Assembly: GCA_951406725.2 (NCBI GenBank)
Contig: OX597825.1
Location: 83,576,001 to 83,640,000, forward strand
Source: Octopus vulgaris
Taxonomy: Eukaryota
DNA: 64,000 nt
Direction of reading: 5' to 3'
Part shown: piece after piece, positions 15,118 to 28,265 of the stretch
Position numbering within the stretch: the stretch's first letter is position 1
How the letters are laid out: every line of letters starts with the position of its first letter
Notes under the pieces: model-generated
What the model was told of the DNA's origin: nothing
The model's database searches: none
What the model saw: the letters and a program-made list of their open reading frames with translations, nothing else
Program-made: the position numbers and the translations under genes

Positions 15118-15515
15118 TGGCCTGGCTGTATGAGCAAGAACCTCATCGCCGAACCATATGGTTTCTCTGGTTCAATCTCACCTTACGACACCGTTGAAAA
15201 TCTGTTTCTACTGTATTCCCGGACCGATCAAAGCCTTGTGAATGGGTTTGAGTAGCGGAAACTGAAAGAATCCCGTCGTACATATTTATGCGTGTATGTT
15301 TCTCTTCATCGCCGTCAACCACTTGCCAATCGGTGTTGGTTTGTTTATTCCCTGCAACGTAGCCGATTGGCAGAAAAGGGAACGGTTGTATAAGTAACAG
15401 GCTTTATAAATAAGTTACAAATAAACTCGATTCATTCAGCTAAATCCCTTTAATATGTTTCCTCAGCGTGGCCGCTGTTCAACGACGGGGACTAATGAAA
15501 GGTAAAAGAAAAAGA
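15118..15515 (+). mobile_element. SINE family B, degenerate
   Basis: Collinear with 57656-58050: AAGCCTTGTGAATGG..CGGAAACTGAAAGAA.CCCGTCGTA, ...CAGCGTGGCCGC..., A-rich tail. Confidence 0.7.
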
Positions 15516-16235
15516 TATGGTACGAACATACATGGCTTTTAAAACATAAACAGGTAATAATGTATTTACAGAATAATTATTAATTAAAATCAGTCTGTTG
15601 ACATCTATAGTATAGAAATAAATATTTGATGACATGTTTAAATATTATGGTGTAGGGACACTGTTTGACACACCAGGTGAGTTGTATATTCCCCCAGCAT
15701 TGATAATCGGAACACCTGCAATAAGTACAGAGTCAAAAGCAACAGAAAGCATATCATTAATAATCCTCGCTGTTGTGTTTGTAGAATTTGAAAGATTAAA
15801 TATCATATAAACACTACGAAGAGACTGGCGAATGAAGATTTGTTGCAGTTCAAAGGAAATTCTTTAAGAAAATTGAAATATATATCTGTATGGAATCTAG
15901 AAACTTATTAGAGTTCAAGAAATGTTTTTTTTTTTCTTTTTTGGTTATTACATGGAATCGAGAACACGTAAATGAATGCTGATACTCATTGGAGCGCTAA
16001 ATCTGCACTCGCAGAATGATAACTTAACACTGAGTTTGGCATTTTAATATGGTGGTTACACGAGGAATTCGGTAGAGAAAAGGAATATTCACCATTTTAA
16101 AAATTTACCGCAAGGGCTGTTTCTTCTTTTCTAAATAATATTGATATTTTAGCTTCGTAACTTTGAGTTAGTGAAATTTTTCATAAACTTGAATTCGTAT
16201 TTAAGTGAAATATTAATGTCTAATGACCTAATATA

Positions 16236-16467
16236 TATTTCTTTATTGCCCACAAGGGGGTAAACATAGAGGGGACAAACAAGGGATGAACAAAGGGATT
16301 AAGTGATTATATCGACCACAGTGCGTAACCGGTACTTTATTTATCGACCCCGAAAGAATGAAAGGCAAAGCCGACCACGGCGGAATTTGAACTCAGAACG
16401 TAGCGACAGACGAAATACTGCTAAGCATTTTGCCCGGCGTGCTAATGTTTCTGCCAGCTCGCCGCCA
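16236..16467 (-). mobile_element. SINE family A, full length with TSD
   Basis: Complete head and tail. 22-bp TSD with 1 mismatch, TAATGTCTAATGAC(C/T)TAATATA, at 16214-16235 and 16491-16512. Confidence 0.9.
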
Positions 16468-17560
16468 TATAATGTCTAATATCTAATGTCTAATGTCTAA
16501 TGACTTAATATACTGAAGCAAAAAGATAATGAAAACATTTTTATTATATCTTCTTCATACTCCATAGTTGGTTTATAAATTCGACTGTTTACGCAGTTCT
16601 TTGTCTCTTCTACGCTGAGAATCACCTGTGATATCCGTCACATGTTACTTACTGCCTCTTTACCTTACATTTCAATGTGAAAGAGTGTGAAGAAAAGCCT
16701 ATTTTGCTTTTTACATAAACAAATATACGGTTTCATAAGTAACTTTAAGAGGAACAAAACTAATTTTATCGAATATTCTTTTCTTCCATCGAATGCGTCA
16801 AAATTAGTAAACGTCTGGTCAGATGCGTCTTAGTAGCATTATAGACCCCAGAACAAATTAATACACTGGGTCCTGTAGTATTTATTGACAGCCAAACACA
16901 GCATACATAGATCAAAATTGGGACCCTAGATTTATGGGTTTTTTTGGACACTGATCTGTATGTCCGTTCCTTAAGACGACATTACGTATGGTTTGGTAAT
17001 ATTTGAAATTGTAACAGGCGGTGAATTAAAACTATTTAGAGAAAACTGTTGACATATGATATTGTGAAAGGGTTGGCGGAATCTGCCGCAAATGGAAACG
17101 GGTGTAACGAATATTTCTGATTAAATAAATTCACACGACTGAGCTAACAGGTTTTTTCACCCCGCATTCAAGTCACTTTAATTCACACGTTACATATCGC
17201 TTGTTATTGTTGTCGTGGTTCAACTATGCATCGCAATCGTTGCTACGAATGTATTCCCTAATGTAACCATCTATTATAATTCAATACAGTCTATATTTGC
17301 TATGAGATAGAAATTTAACTGCTATTTCTAGATGCTTCAATGTTGCAGTGTTTCCTTTATATTTAGCGAGTAGGTTGTGTATCAACCGTCACAGTAAGGC
17401 ATCTCTCTACACTACGTTCTACTCACATACAATTACAATATCGTCCTCAAAGCCAAATAAACGATTATTCGGTTGCACATAATTCAGATTTTTCTGATAT
17501 GTTTCTACAATATGAATATTTCATATGATGTAATATTTTGTACATATATACATACATACT

Positions 17561-17630
<70 letters not shown>

Positions 17631-18231
17631 ATAGATAAAAATGAGTTTCCTTTCGTGATTTATCTTTTGAAGTCCAAGATTTACGATAGACATAATTTAC
17701 ATAATACATATTGATGGAAATGTTTCTCTCGAAAATGTATCTCATGGCATCAAAAGTAACCGATAATTCAGTGGACTCTTTATAAAAGTGAGAGATCTCT
17801 GACATGATTGAGACTATCTGAAATAAAAAGAATCCATTTCACAACACAGCAAGTGGCCAATAATATATTACTAGAGGCTACACACGAAAACATCGCGCTC
17901 CAATCCTGCAAAGTTCATTTCAAGTACTTGAATAATAGCCATAATTTGTATTGACGTCTCCAGATTTTCTCAGTGAAGCTATCAATACAAACTAGCACCA
18001 TAGGGCTGTATTTTATTCCACAATAAATATTCTATATAACTCTCTTCGAAATCAGTCTATCAATCTCTGAATTTATTATTGCTGTTTCCCATAACTGCGT
18101 AAACACCAAGGCAAAAGAACTGTTTACTAATATATATGCCCGCATGTATGTACGTGTGTACGTATGAATGTGTGTATTTATGTACGTATATGTACGTATG
18201 TATATGTACAAAATATATGTATATAACAGGA

Positions 18232-18511
18232 GTAGTCAGTCGGTTACGACGACGTGGGTCCCAGCTGATACGATCAACAGAACCGCCTGCTCGGGAAATT
18301 AACGTGCAAGTGACTGAGCACTCCACAGACACGCGTGACACAAAGAGTGACAAGGTCGGCCCATTTAAATACATGTACAACTCATTTTTGCCAGCTGAGT
18401 GGACTGGAGCAACGTAAAATAAAGTGTCTTGCTCAAGGACACAACACGAACTCACGAACTCACGACCTCACAATCCTGAGCCGAATGCCCTAACCGCTAA
18501 ACCACGCGACT
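18232..18511 (-). mobile_element. tRNA-derived SINE, family C variant
   Basis: Minus strand: A box TGGTTTAGCGG, B box GAGTTCG, central GTGTCCTTGAGCAAGACACTTTA, and the tail GTCGTCGTAACCGAC shared with 60889-61280. Confidence 0.8.
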
Positions 18512-19317
18512 TCACATATGTATGTACGTATGTATAGTTATATATGTATACGGCAAGGGTCCCACCAAAAATGCATTCACGCACTGAATGATTATAAAGT
18601 CAGTGTTTATTAAAATACATTTTTCATTTTTCAGAATGTAATACAATCTACGGAGAGAATTTAATTTTGCTATGAATTTATTTAAACTGATGACCATCCT
18701 GGCCGACGCTCTTCATATAACCAAAAGCAACGGAATCGTAAACATGAAAAAATACTTCATTTGGCATTCTTCGTGAGCATTCTCGCTCAATGGTTACTCT
18801 TAATTCGACGGTGGCTCCCGATTTTGAACCATAAGCGTTATTATTAAAGGTTCCTCATAAAAAAGACTTGTGGTGTGAGATTTACTGAGCAGGAAGCGTA
18901 CAATATTGGGCCTCTGCCTCCAATCTAACGGTGCTGCAAAATCTAATCAAGACAGGCCCTTTACATTACTATGCTTGTGTAGGGGTCTACTTTTGCACTG
19001 GAAATATACTGCACATCTCCAAATTCCCTTTGTATGCTTGAGGGGAAACATTGCTGCAGTAAGTTCAAATGACTCCAGTCACAGCATATTAACAACTTGT
19101 AGGCACGTGGTATTTCGTAATACAACTATAATATACTATAAAGTATGTTAAATGTTTTTTATAAGTCAACACAACGATCTACTGCGTTAGCAGTGCTCTT
19201 TACATTATTTTATTGAGGTTATTTCTACAGAGTGAAGGCGCATGGTTCAGTGGTTAGAGCGTAGAGCTTACGATCGTGAGGTTATGAATCCGATTCCCGG
19301 TCACGTGATCACGGGAT

Positions 19318-19418
<101 letters not shown>

Positions 19419-19734
19419 CACATATATATATATACTATAATTTTAATGCAGACGATATTTGCTTACGAGTTACTAATAACTTCATACATTGGAAATATTA
19501 TCTAGGAATGTTTTATCGCTCACGTGTCTAAACGACCTGGGGTCCTGGTTCACGTGCAGCATCTTTGAGCCTCTGGCATCTGGAACATTGACATGTACCC
19601 AATGCTCATTGGCAGCTAAACCATAGAAAGTTTGCTCTTGCAATATATGGGGGATGATCGAGAAATTAATTGAGGTTGGCCTGAGGGCTTACTAAGACCG
19701 CTTGAATAATATCAGTCATTGGTTTGAAGTTTTG

Positions 19735-19933
19735 AAAAACAGCCAGCAAGTTTGTAGAGGGCGTTAAGATGATTACATCGAACCCAGTGTTCAAATGGTA
19801 CTTATTTTATCGACCCCGAAAGGATAAAAGGCAAAGTCGACTTCGGTAGCATTTAACCTCAGAATGTAACACGGATGAAATTCTGCAAAGCATTTTGCCC
19901 GCCGTGGTAACGATTCTGCAAGCCCACCGCCTC
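19735..19933 (-). mobile_element. SINE family A
   Basis: ATCGACCCCGAAAGGATAAAAGGCAAAGTCGAC core plus head. Confidence 0.8.
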
Positions 19934-20296
19934 CGTCATCTCAGTTGTTACTGAATCATCCAGGAGGACTTAGTGAACCGATTTTTGGGTGATAGTAAAA
20001 TGTTTTGGGCGCGGTTATGACACTAAAATATGGTGGTTGTTTCGGATAAACTATATTGACACAGCAAGGGGAGTCGTCCACAACAAACCAGGTTTACGTT
20101 TGACATAAACCTGGTGGGATGGATGAGAATTTACGTGTGTGTGTGTACACATACACACACACAAATGAAAATATATATATATGTATATATACACATACAC
20201 ATATATACATACATACAAACACGCATACTCATATATCTATAGAGAGAGAGAGAGACAGATAGACTGACAGATCGAAAGAGAAAGGGAGAGAGAGAA

Positions 20297-20344
<48 letters not shown>

Positions 20345-20521
20345 TTAATATTAAATTAGAGTAAAACACTATTAGGCATATCATATAATGAAAAACTTAA
20401 GCCATACATAAGATTATTTAATTTATATTATTTAAATATATAACAAAATTATTTTTTTCACGCTAACTACTGATAATTTCTTATAAAGATTTTATCCTCA
20501 ATTGTAAATATATATATATAT

Positions 20522-20583
<62 letters not shown>

Positions 20584-20589
20584 ATGTAT

Positions 20590-20649
20590 GCTCTGATGAA
20601 GCTATAACATATGATACACCAGCCTCTTATAGCAGAAACACATATAAGC
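20590..20649 (+). ncRNA. Degenerate Penelope-type minimal hammerhead motif
   Basis: GCT-CTGATGA-A-GCTATAA..TTATAGC-A-GAAACACATATA-AGC: 7-bp stem II, 3-bp stem I, decayed stem III. Confidence 0.45.
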
Positions 20650-21611
20650 TAATGAAGTTGATCGCAAAATTTTTTGTTCTCTTGTCATATAATCCAAATT
20701 CTTATGCTTTGATCTGGGTTTACTTTTTTTCTGAAGCATAAGTATAATGAGTTCTAACTCCAGGCTGCTTGTATCGCTTTGCCTAAGCCAAATATTAATG
20801 CGTGTGTGTTTGTTGTGTGGTCGTGTGTGTGTGTGCGTGTGTGTGTGTGTGTGTGTGTATGTGTGTGTGCGTGCGTGTGTTACTGTATGTGTATCTGTGT
20901 GCTTGAAAATATCGACACAGAATTATTAGGAACGGTTATATGTTTATGTGTGTACAGTGTATCTAAACTTTTTAAGTTGTTCCATAGAAAAGACTGTGAA
21001 GTTGATTTACAAATAGATTTATGTTTTTATTTATCTCTTCATTTATTTATTTCAAATGTCATTTGTTAATTTAAGTATCTTAGTTACCTAACTGAATGTA
21101 TCAATATATTTGCTGTAAAGTTCTTCTAAGGCTGCCTGCCAAGCTTTTCATCATAACAGACATTTGGCTCTAAGACATATATTTGGCAACTAATGCCGCT
21201 GCTACTAATAACAATAAGCATTTAACCTTTCAGTTATTTTTAGTTTCTCTTCTGAGATTCCTTCCGAGATATATTTTCCAATACAAATAAACAAATACTT
21301 ATTTTCCAACAGCTTTTAAATATTAGTTTATTACGTTCACACAAAGCCAGATATTTTAGCGGATGGAATGTGTATTAACGTCTGACTGATGCAAATAGCG
21401 CCCGCTGCGGATGGGTGAGAGAAAAGTCTACAGCAGGAAAACCACGAGCACGAAACAGAAAGAAACTGAATTAGATGCGTTTTGAAGTCCATCGATCCTT
21501 GTAGTGCTTACATTGTTGTCTTGTAGACAGATAAAGCTGGGCTTATAGGTTCTTAAAGGAATGCTAAAAACTGCAAAGTTTCTATGAAACCGATTTGTTA
21601 AGGAACGTCAT

Positions 21612-21830
21612 AAGGCGGCGAGCTGGCAGAATTGTTAGCGCGCTGGACGAAATGATTAGCGATATTTCGCCCGTCGTTATGTTCTGAGTTCAAATTCCAC
21701 CGAGGTCGATTTTACTTATCATTCTTTAGGTGGTCGATAAAATAAGTACCAGTTGAATACTGGGGTTGATGTAATCGACACATCTCCTTCCCCAAAGTTG
21801 TTGTCATTGTGGCAAAATTTGAAATCGTTA
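21612..21830 (+). mobile_element. SINE family A
   Basis: AAGGCGGCGAGCTGGCAGAATTGTTAGC...TTCTGAGTTCAAATTCC. Confidence 0.85.
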
Positions 21831-23660
21831 TTAAGACGTGCAATAATATCGGAGAAAATTTTGGTGGCACTGGTCACTTTCTACACGTCATACTACAAAT
21901 AGTTTCTGTAAGTTACTGCAGGACGGAATTAGTTTTAGCCGAACCTAGTAGCTACGAAGGATTTGTCAAAGAACCGGAAAAAAATGATACTGCAAAAAAG
22001 GATTTACTGCATTGTAACTCATATGTATAAAATATAATTTTACTGATCCTTCAGTTTTTTTTATATGCTAGACCACCAATGTGAAATTGATGGTAATTAA
22101 ATTATTAATATCAAAATTCTCACCTCATTTTAAATTAAAATTTACATCAATACATTCTCTAACCAGCAAAGGCTACTGCAGTAAATTATTTCCTGCAGTA
22201 TCATTTTTTTCCGGAATTTTTAGCGCGCCAAAACGAGGACATTTGAATAGTAGCCACGAAGGAAAAGGATAGAACTGTTTCAAGTCTGACTTTGTGCGGA
22301 CGTCCCAGCATACTGTTCTGCAAATTATATTCATTTGGACGGCCACACCGAAGATCTACGGACATCTTACGTAAGTAAAATTACGTAATATGTTGATAGT
22401 GAAACATGTATGTGAATAATCCATATTTTCACTGCTTTTCTTTTGTCTTGCGCGATTACGTTTTGGTTGTTTGCCGAATTTTTCTTGAGAGCATTTCTTA
22501 GTGGTATGACCATAGCGGATCTACTTCTAGCATAAGGTTGTCCACATAGTGGTTATCCCTCTCATATGTATATAATACAATTTTACTGACCCTTCAGAAT
22601 CTTTTCTAGATGTCCGCTAGTGAATCGGTGACTTAGGAACCACATTATTTAAATGGGAACGGTTTTTACTAATACAGAACCTTTCTTATTATACCGGGGC
22701 TCGTTTGGCTTATTTTAAACGAAGAAATTAGGTAAACGTTAATCTACATACTTGAATGAGCTGGTTTTGGACTAGGAGCTCAGAGAATCGCATATGAATT
22801 CACTTGGTCCATGATCAGAATGACTTTTCCATATATGGGCAGAGGAGTAGAAGCGATCTATGTTCGATTGAAGCACAGAAAGTCATTAAACGACAATGGT
22901 AAACTTGGTATGGAATTTCATAAAACGTCCAGTATTAGTACAACAGAACTTTTGGAAAGCACTCATGATTTTCATTTTTTTCTCTCTTTTGTCAGGTATT
23001 CTTGTTGCAGACGTCAATATATATTCTGTAAAATGGATATGTTAATTTTTTTTCTGGTTTCATATTCCTGTTCCTTAAGTTGCTCGAAACTTTTCTACAG
23101 TTATTCTGTTGGCAAAAATCGGGATCGGTATTTTTTAGATTTTAGTCTAAAAAAAACAAAACATAATGCTTTGCTGTGAAACTCATGATCCACATAATCA
23201 GATTACTTTTAACGTCAATAAATCAAATTTGCTTGTGATCGGATCAGGTGATATGCATTTAGATACTAATTAAGCATTTTCTCAAAGCAGAAAATATTAA
23301 ACAATTTTGCCAAAGGCAAACTTTGTTATAAACGTCAGTGATACATCCCTCACAGAGTCTAAATGTATTGCAAACCTCATTGAAAAATATAAACCAAAAC
23401 TTGAGCATTTCTAACATTTTATTCTATCAAAACCAAATCATGTTAAATTAAGAAAGCCTGATAATTCGCAACAGTTTTTATTATCTCCTGTATACCGAAA
23501 AAATCCCTGATAACTTCCTCTTGTTTCGAACTCTTGTACATATATATTCTATTCTTGAGCGTTATTCTAATACATCTGTTTGTTTTGTACACCACCTGTC
23601 TTCGTCTTTTGTTTTTTTTTTTCTGTAAACTCTTCCTGTATCTATCTATCTATCTATCTA

Positions 23661-23710
<50 letters not shown>

Positions 23711-24088
23711 AAGAATACAAAATTTTTTTATATTGATTAATTATGAATTTTCTGGTTAATTCCGTAATGGAATCGACGGTGCCGATAAATTTGTGCGACG
23801 ATTTGAAAATTTTAGGTCAGATATTAACTTATCGGAAATGCCTCGTGAAAATATCTGTTCCGTCTTGGGCTATTTCTTACTGAAGAATCTGAGGGCCTGT
23901 GGAAGATTGGCTTGATTTAATTTAATCAGGTTAGTTTACCATTAATCAGCAGATGAAACGGTATATCGTATAAGAAATTACAGGGTAAATGTTTTTAAAT
24001 TTTTTCCTGTTTACTGAATTAACTTTTATTTGCGGTTGAAGCTTTGCTGTTATTTCTATGAATGGCCTATTATGGCGTTCCTTTATTG

Positions 24089-24145
<57 letters not shown>

Positions 24146-24305
24146 GCGTGTGTGTGTATTGTGTATAGAAGAATATATTAATAAAAGGAATTCCAACCTT
24201 GTCTGATTTTCACGTTTTATTTACAATCTTATAATGATATATTATAAGATAATATAATATAATAGAATAAAATAAAATAGTAGAATGTTAAATGTTCATT
24301 CTGAT

Positions 24306-24350
24306 TGAACTAATACTTTCATGCATTAAATTCTGCAATCTTCAGGTTCA
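24306..24350 (-). ncRNA. Penelope-type minimal hammerhead motif
   Basis: Minus strand TGAAC-CTGAAGA-TTGCAGAATTTAATGCAT-GAAAGTATTA-GTTCA: 5-bp stem I, intact CUGANGA and GAAA, imperfect base of stem II. Confidence 0.55.
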
Positions 24351-24450
24351 TGTAGTAGTGGTGACAGTCATGCTTCACAATTTTTGACTGTGTATATATA
24401 TACATGTGTGTGTGTGTGTGTGTGTGTATGTGTGTGTGTGTGTGTGTATT

Positions 24451-24675
24451 TGGTGGTTGTCCACTCCTTATGCAAAGTCTGACCACCTCCTGTACCTACA
24501 CCTTAGCACCATCATGGCGTCTGATGTGGCTTTTTAAACCAGACAATATTTTGAAAAATTACCCACAAATATTCCATATCTGATTTCAACCATCAAGAAA
24601 TGCAGTAAAATTCTGATCTTTGTGGTTCGTAAAATGTCTTTTGAGGCCTCCGTTGGATTTACAAACCTTTTGGCA
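24451..24675 (-). pseudogene. 3' end remnant of an RTE-like LINE (C-terminal C2H2-type fingers plus short tail)
   Basis: Minus strand reads CQKVCKSNGGLKRHFTNH and ICG*FFKILSGLKSHIRRH, followed by a short 3' UTR ending ACAACCACC. Compare the RTE C-terminus CPHCDRSFQARIGLIGHLRTH at 39470. Confidence 0.6.
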
Positions 24676-24891
24676 TATATAAATATATATATATGGTGGG
24701 GTGTATGTATGTATATGTATATGTCTCTGAACTGTGTGTTCATGTGAGTACGTGCGTGCATAACCAAGCAGTCATCCGCACATACGCACATGCGCATGTA
24801 TATTTCCATTAATATTGAACCACCGTGTTTGTAGATATCATCGTGAGTAAATTTACACGCGTAATGTTTATTAAACATACACATAGCCATG

Positions 24892-24936
<45 letters not shown>

Positions 24937-25578
24937 GTATATATCACACGGCCTCTGTTTTAATGTTTTAATGTTAGCCTCTTTATTACAGAGAACAATT
25001 AGTAAACGCATTGTATATCAACCTCGATATAAAAGCTACCTGATATTAAAATCAAAAAATTTAAGTTTGAAACCCACCCCTTTCTATTTCTGATATCTTG
25101 TCCACGCTTTCGAAGATTAGTTAAAACATTAAAAACTGGAAAATTAAATTTCAAAATACCCCCAAAATATTCATAGTTGACGAGAAGCGTTAAATGAAGT
25201 GAAAATTCAATGATCTCTTCAGAAAATATAGCTTAACGTTATAAAATAATGGGTATTTAATTGACTGAAGCGATGCGTTATCTGAGTTTAGTGAGGTTAA
25301 CGTTTTTAAAACATTTGAATTTTTCGCATAAAAAAGGGGGAAATATGGAAATGAGTTAAATAAATGAATAAAAATAAGATAGGTGAACAAATACTGTGTT
25401 TGTGATATGTGATATGGTGATGGAGGCATGTGACATGAAGAAAGGCTTAATGTTAAAACGACAGAGACGTCGATATTGTCCTGTTGCTGTTGCTCCCACC
25501 TTCACCACTACAATCTCCATAACAAATAAAACTAGGTAAATGAAAAGATCAGTGGCGACACCTGCTGGGTCTGACTAC

Positions 25579-25621
25579 GCTACATTGACAAAGGGCAATT
25601 ACCCTGAAACGCGTCTGTAGC
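25579..25621 (+). ncRNA. Penelope-type minimal type-I hammerhead with two core substitutions
   Basis: GCTACA-TTGACAA-AGGG CAATTA CCCT-GAAA-CGCG-TC-TGTAGC: perfect 6-bp stem I, 4-bp stem II, palindromic ACGCGT stem III, GUC site. Confidence 0.7.
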
Positions 25622-26241
25622 TGTCTGACTGGCAGTGTGAAGCGGCTGACCTCCCTTGTTCGAAGGTTATAATGGATATAGTTTGTGTATCAAATAGCTA
25701 GCTTAAGGCGATGGCCTCAGGGAGCTAATCAGCGACAGCTTTAGTCTTATGTCCATAAGACTGCCATATTAATATGGCGATAACAATTAATTTCCAGTAA
25801 CGCTGACGTAATCTCTTTTAGAGAGACTTAGTAATTTTAATATTTCTATTATAAATAAAACAACTTTATATATGTATTACAAAATTGTTCAAGGTTATGC
25901 CCCAGCATGGCCGCAGTCTAATGCTTGAAACAAGTGAAACACAAAGGATAAAAGATAAGAAACAGATTACTTCTCATGGTAAGGGTAACATTCAGTTTTA
26001 TTCTAAATATATTTTGAGGAGAGAAGAGTCCAGTGAATGGTTTGGATGATGCAACTTACAATCTCTACATTTAGTTGCAAGCATCGATAGCATCCGTTGC
26101 GTAATTTCAATGATTCTGACCTATTCTTGCATCAACCGGATTCTAATTACATCTCCTGTGGAACTACTCACTGAAAGTTTGCAGTAAGTTAGGAAGGCGC
26201 GTGTTCAAGTGCTTTCCATTGAAATCCATTTACATACATAC

Positions 26242-26361
<120 letters not shown>

Positions 26362-27001
26362 ATATATATGTGTGTGTGTATGTGAATGCGTGTGCATGTG
26401 TGCATACGATGTTAAGCACATTCATATATATATATGTTTGTGTGTGTATACATGCACATACATATTTGTGCTTGCGTGTTTGTATGTACATATAAAACAT
26501 GTATATATTTATATGTGTATGTGTGTATGCGTTTGTTAGTTTGTGTGTACGTATATATATATAAACATGTACATATAGATTTATAAATATATATATATAT
26601 ATACATACATAGATACTTGCACGGCTGCGTGTATGAGAATCTGTATGTATTTGTGCGCTATAAGAATCTATATATTACAACTAGCACTAGAATTGGTCAA
26701 AACAATTGCAGACGATCACAGTTGAAGGGAGTAGCTTCGCTTTCAAAGAACGAAGCGATATAAGTGGAACTAAAAGCAAGAGATTTCAACAGAATCTGAA
26801 TAGGAACGTTATAATATCGGACTTGGTATCAAAATTCTAATAGCCACGTACACGAAAATACACTTTTTATGCGTATTCCACTCTCTATATATAAACATAC
26901 AGTTTACATTTAAACACGTAAGAAATGGCCATAACAGGACATCTGATTCGCTAGAAAGAGTAGCAAAGAAGGTTTCTAAATGTTTTTGCTACCCTAAGAT
27001 T

Positions 27002-27030
<29 letters not shown>

Positions 27031-27033
<3 letters not shown>

Positions 27034-27181
27034 AAAACGGAAAGCTTTATGAAAATAGACAAAAGACGAAGGCATGTTTACAGAAATAAACAAAAGACGA
27101 AGGCAGGTAGAATACAAACAAACAATTGTATTAGTATGGCGCTCAGGAAATATAAATAAAACAAGTCTTTATCGTTTCGAG
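27031..27181 (-). repeat. Penelope-derived repeat fragment in a (TA)n tract
   Basis: Reverse complement of 60484-60631. Begins at CTCGAAACGATAAAG, the 3' half of a hammerhead. Confidence 0.6.
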
Positions 27182-27230
27182 TATATATGTATATACAAAT
27201 TATAAAACTAATTTTTAAAAAATTACAGTG

Positions 27231-27311
27231 CAGTATTTTCTCTACTTCGCGGATTTTCACCTATCGCGAGGGTTTTGGAAAATAACACCCGCGATAGTCG
27301 AGGGATTACTG
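27231..27311. mobile_element. Tigger/pogo-like terminal fragment
   Basis: Ends CCGCGATAGTCGAGGGATTACTG, whose reverse complement CAGTAATCCCTCG..ATCGCGG is a Tigger-type TIR. The subterminal CTACTTCGCGGATTTTCAC motif is also present. Confidence 0.55.
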
Positions 27312-28221
27312 CGTATATATATAATTGTTTTACTATTCTACCTTCGTCAGATTTCGATGGATATACGAGACTAACGGTTAGAAAATTTCTGTAATGGTCC
27401 TTTCTATTTTCAAGGCATTTTACCTCTTCACTTCCTCTGCATATTTTATGTACTGTTCATGTATTTTTCGAAACGTTTTCTCTACCTTTTAGTTGGGTTA
27501 GTCGTTGGAGGGCAGCCATGCTTGGACGGCGCCTTGATGCGTTTTACTCAAACGAATCTAATCCTAGTGCTTAAGTCTGGAATTTTTATTTATCCGACTC
27601 TTCGGCGGAACGGGATTCTTAAGATGACGTAGACAAACTGACACCGGTTTTTTCAAGCGGTGGATAGGATCAGACACGAAAATAAGCAACTAAACACATA
27701 CATAGATATATACGTAAACGAGCTTCTTGTGGTTTCCGTCTACCAAAACCAGCCAAAATACTTTAGGTTCCCAACGCTAGAATAGAATAAACGTCCAGGT
27801 TTTGCCACAGTAGGCTTGAAGGCGATACCAGGCGGTTGGAAGGCAAAGTCTTTACCACACAGCCACGACTGGATTCTTTGGCTTTCAATATCAAATATAT
27901 TAGTACGGACTTTACTATTAAATTTTCATGCAGCATGTGTCGCTGGGTATTCCCTTCTCCCCTTCTCCCCCACCCCCACTTATATGTCCATTTTTGTGTG
28001 GCATAAAACTAACAAAAATAACAGAAAATAAAAAAAAAACCTGAGAAATGAGACTTGACAGATTTGACAGATACTGTCAGATGAAACGACAAATATATTT
28101 CTCCTTCTCTCTCTCTCTTTCTCTCATCTTGTACATCACACAGTCTTTGTTTGAATCATGTTCTCGTCATTTGTTTCTTTTCTTTTCTCCAGCACTCTAT
28201 CTCTCTTTCCTTCACCCTGTT

Positions 28222-28265
<44 letters not shown>

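Noticed and set aside
15655-15685. Strong donor CAGGTGAGT, possible microexon
   Set aside because: No polypyrimidine acceptor or other support.
19236-19300. tRNA-like gene
   Set aside because: Matches the family C SINE head and is truncated at a (TA)n tract; not a functional tRNA.
22021-22600. ~35-bp direct repeat ATATGTATA.AATA.AATTTTACTGA.CCTTCAG at 22021 and 22564
   Set aside because: Real but short and AT-rich, with no LTR or TSD features to interpret it.
22285-23060. Possible exon pair (donor GTAAGT at 22371, acceptor TTTTGTCAG at 22995)
   Set aside because: Splice-like signals and an open frame are present, but the peptide is unrecognisable. Needs RNA-seq.
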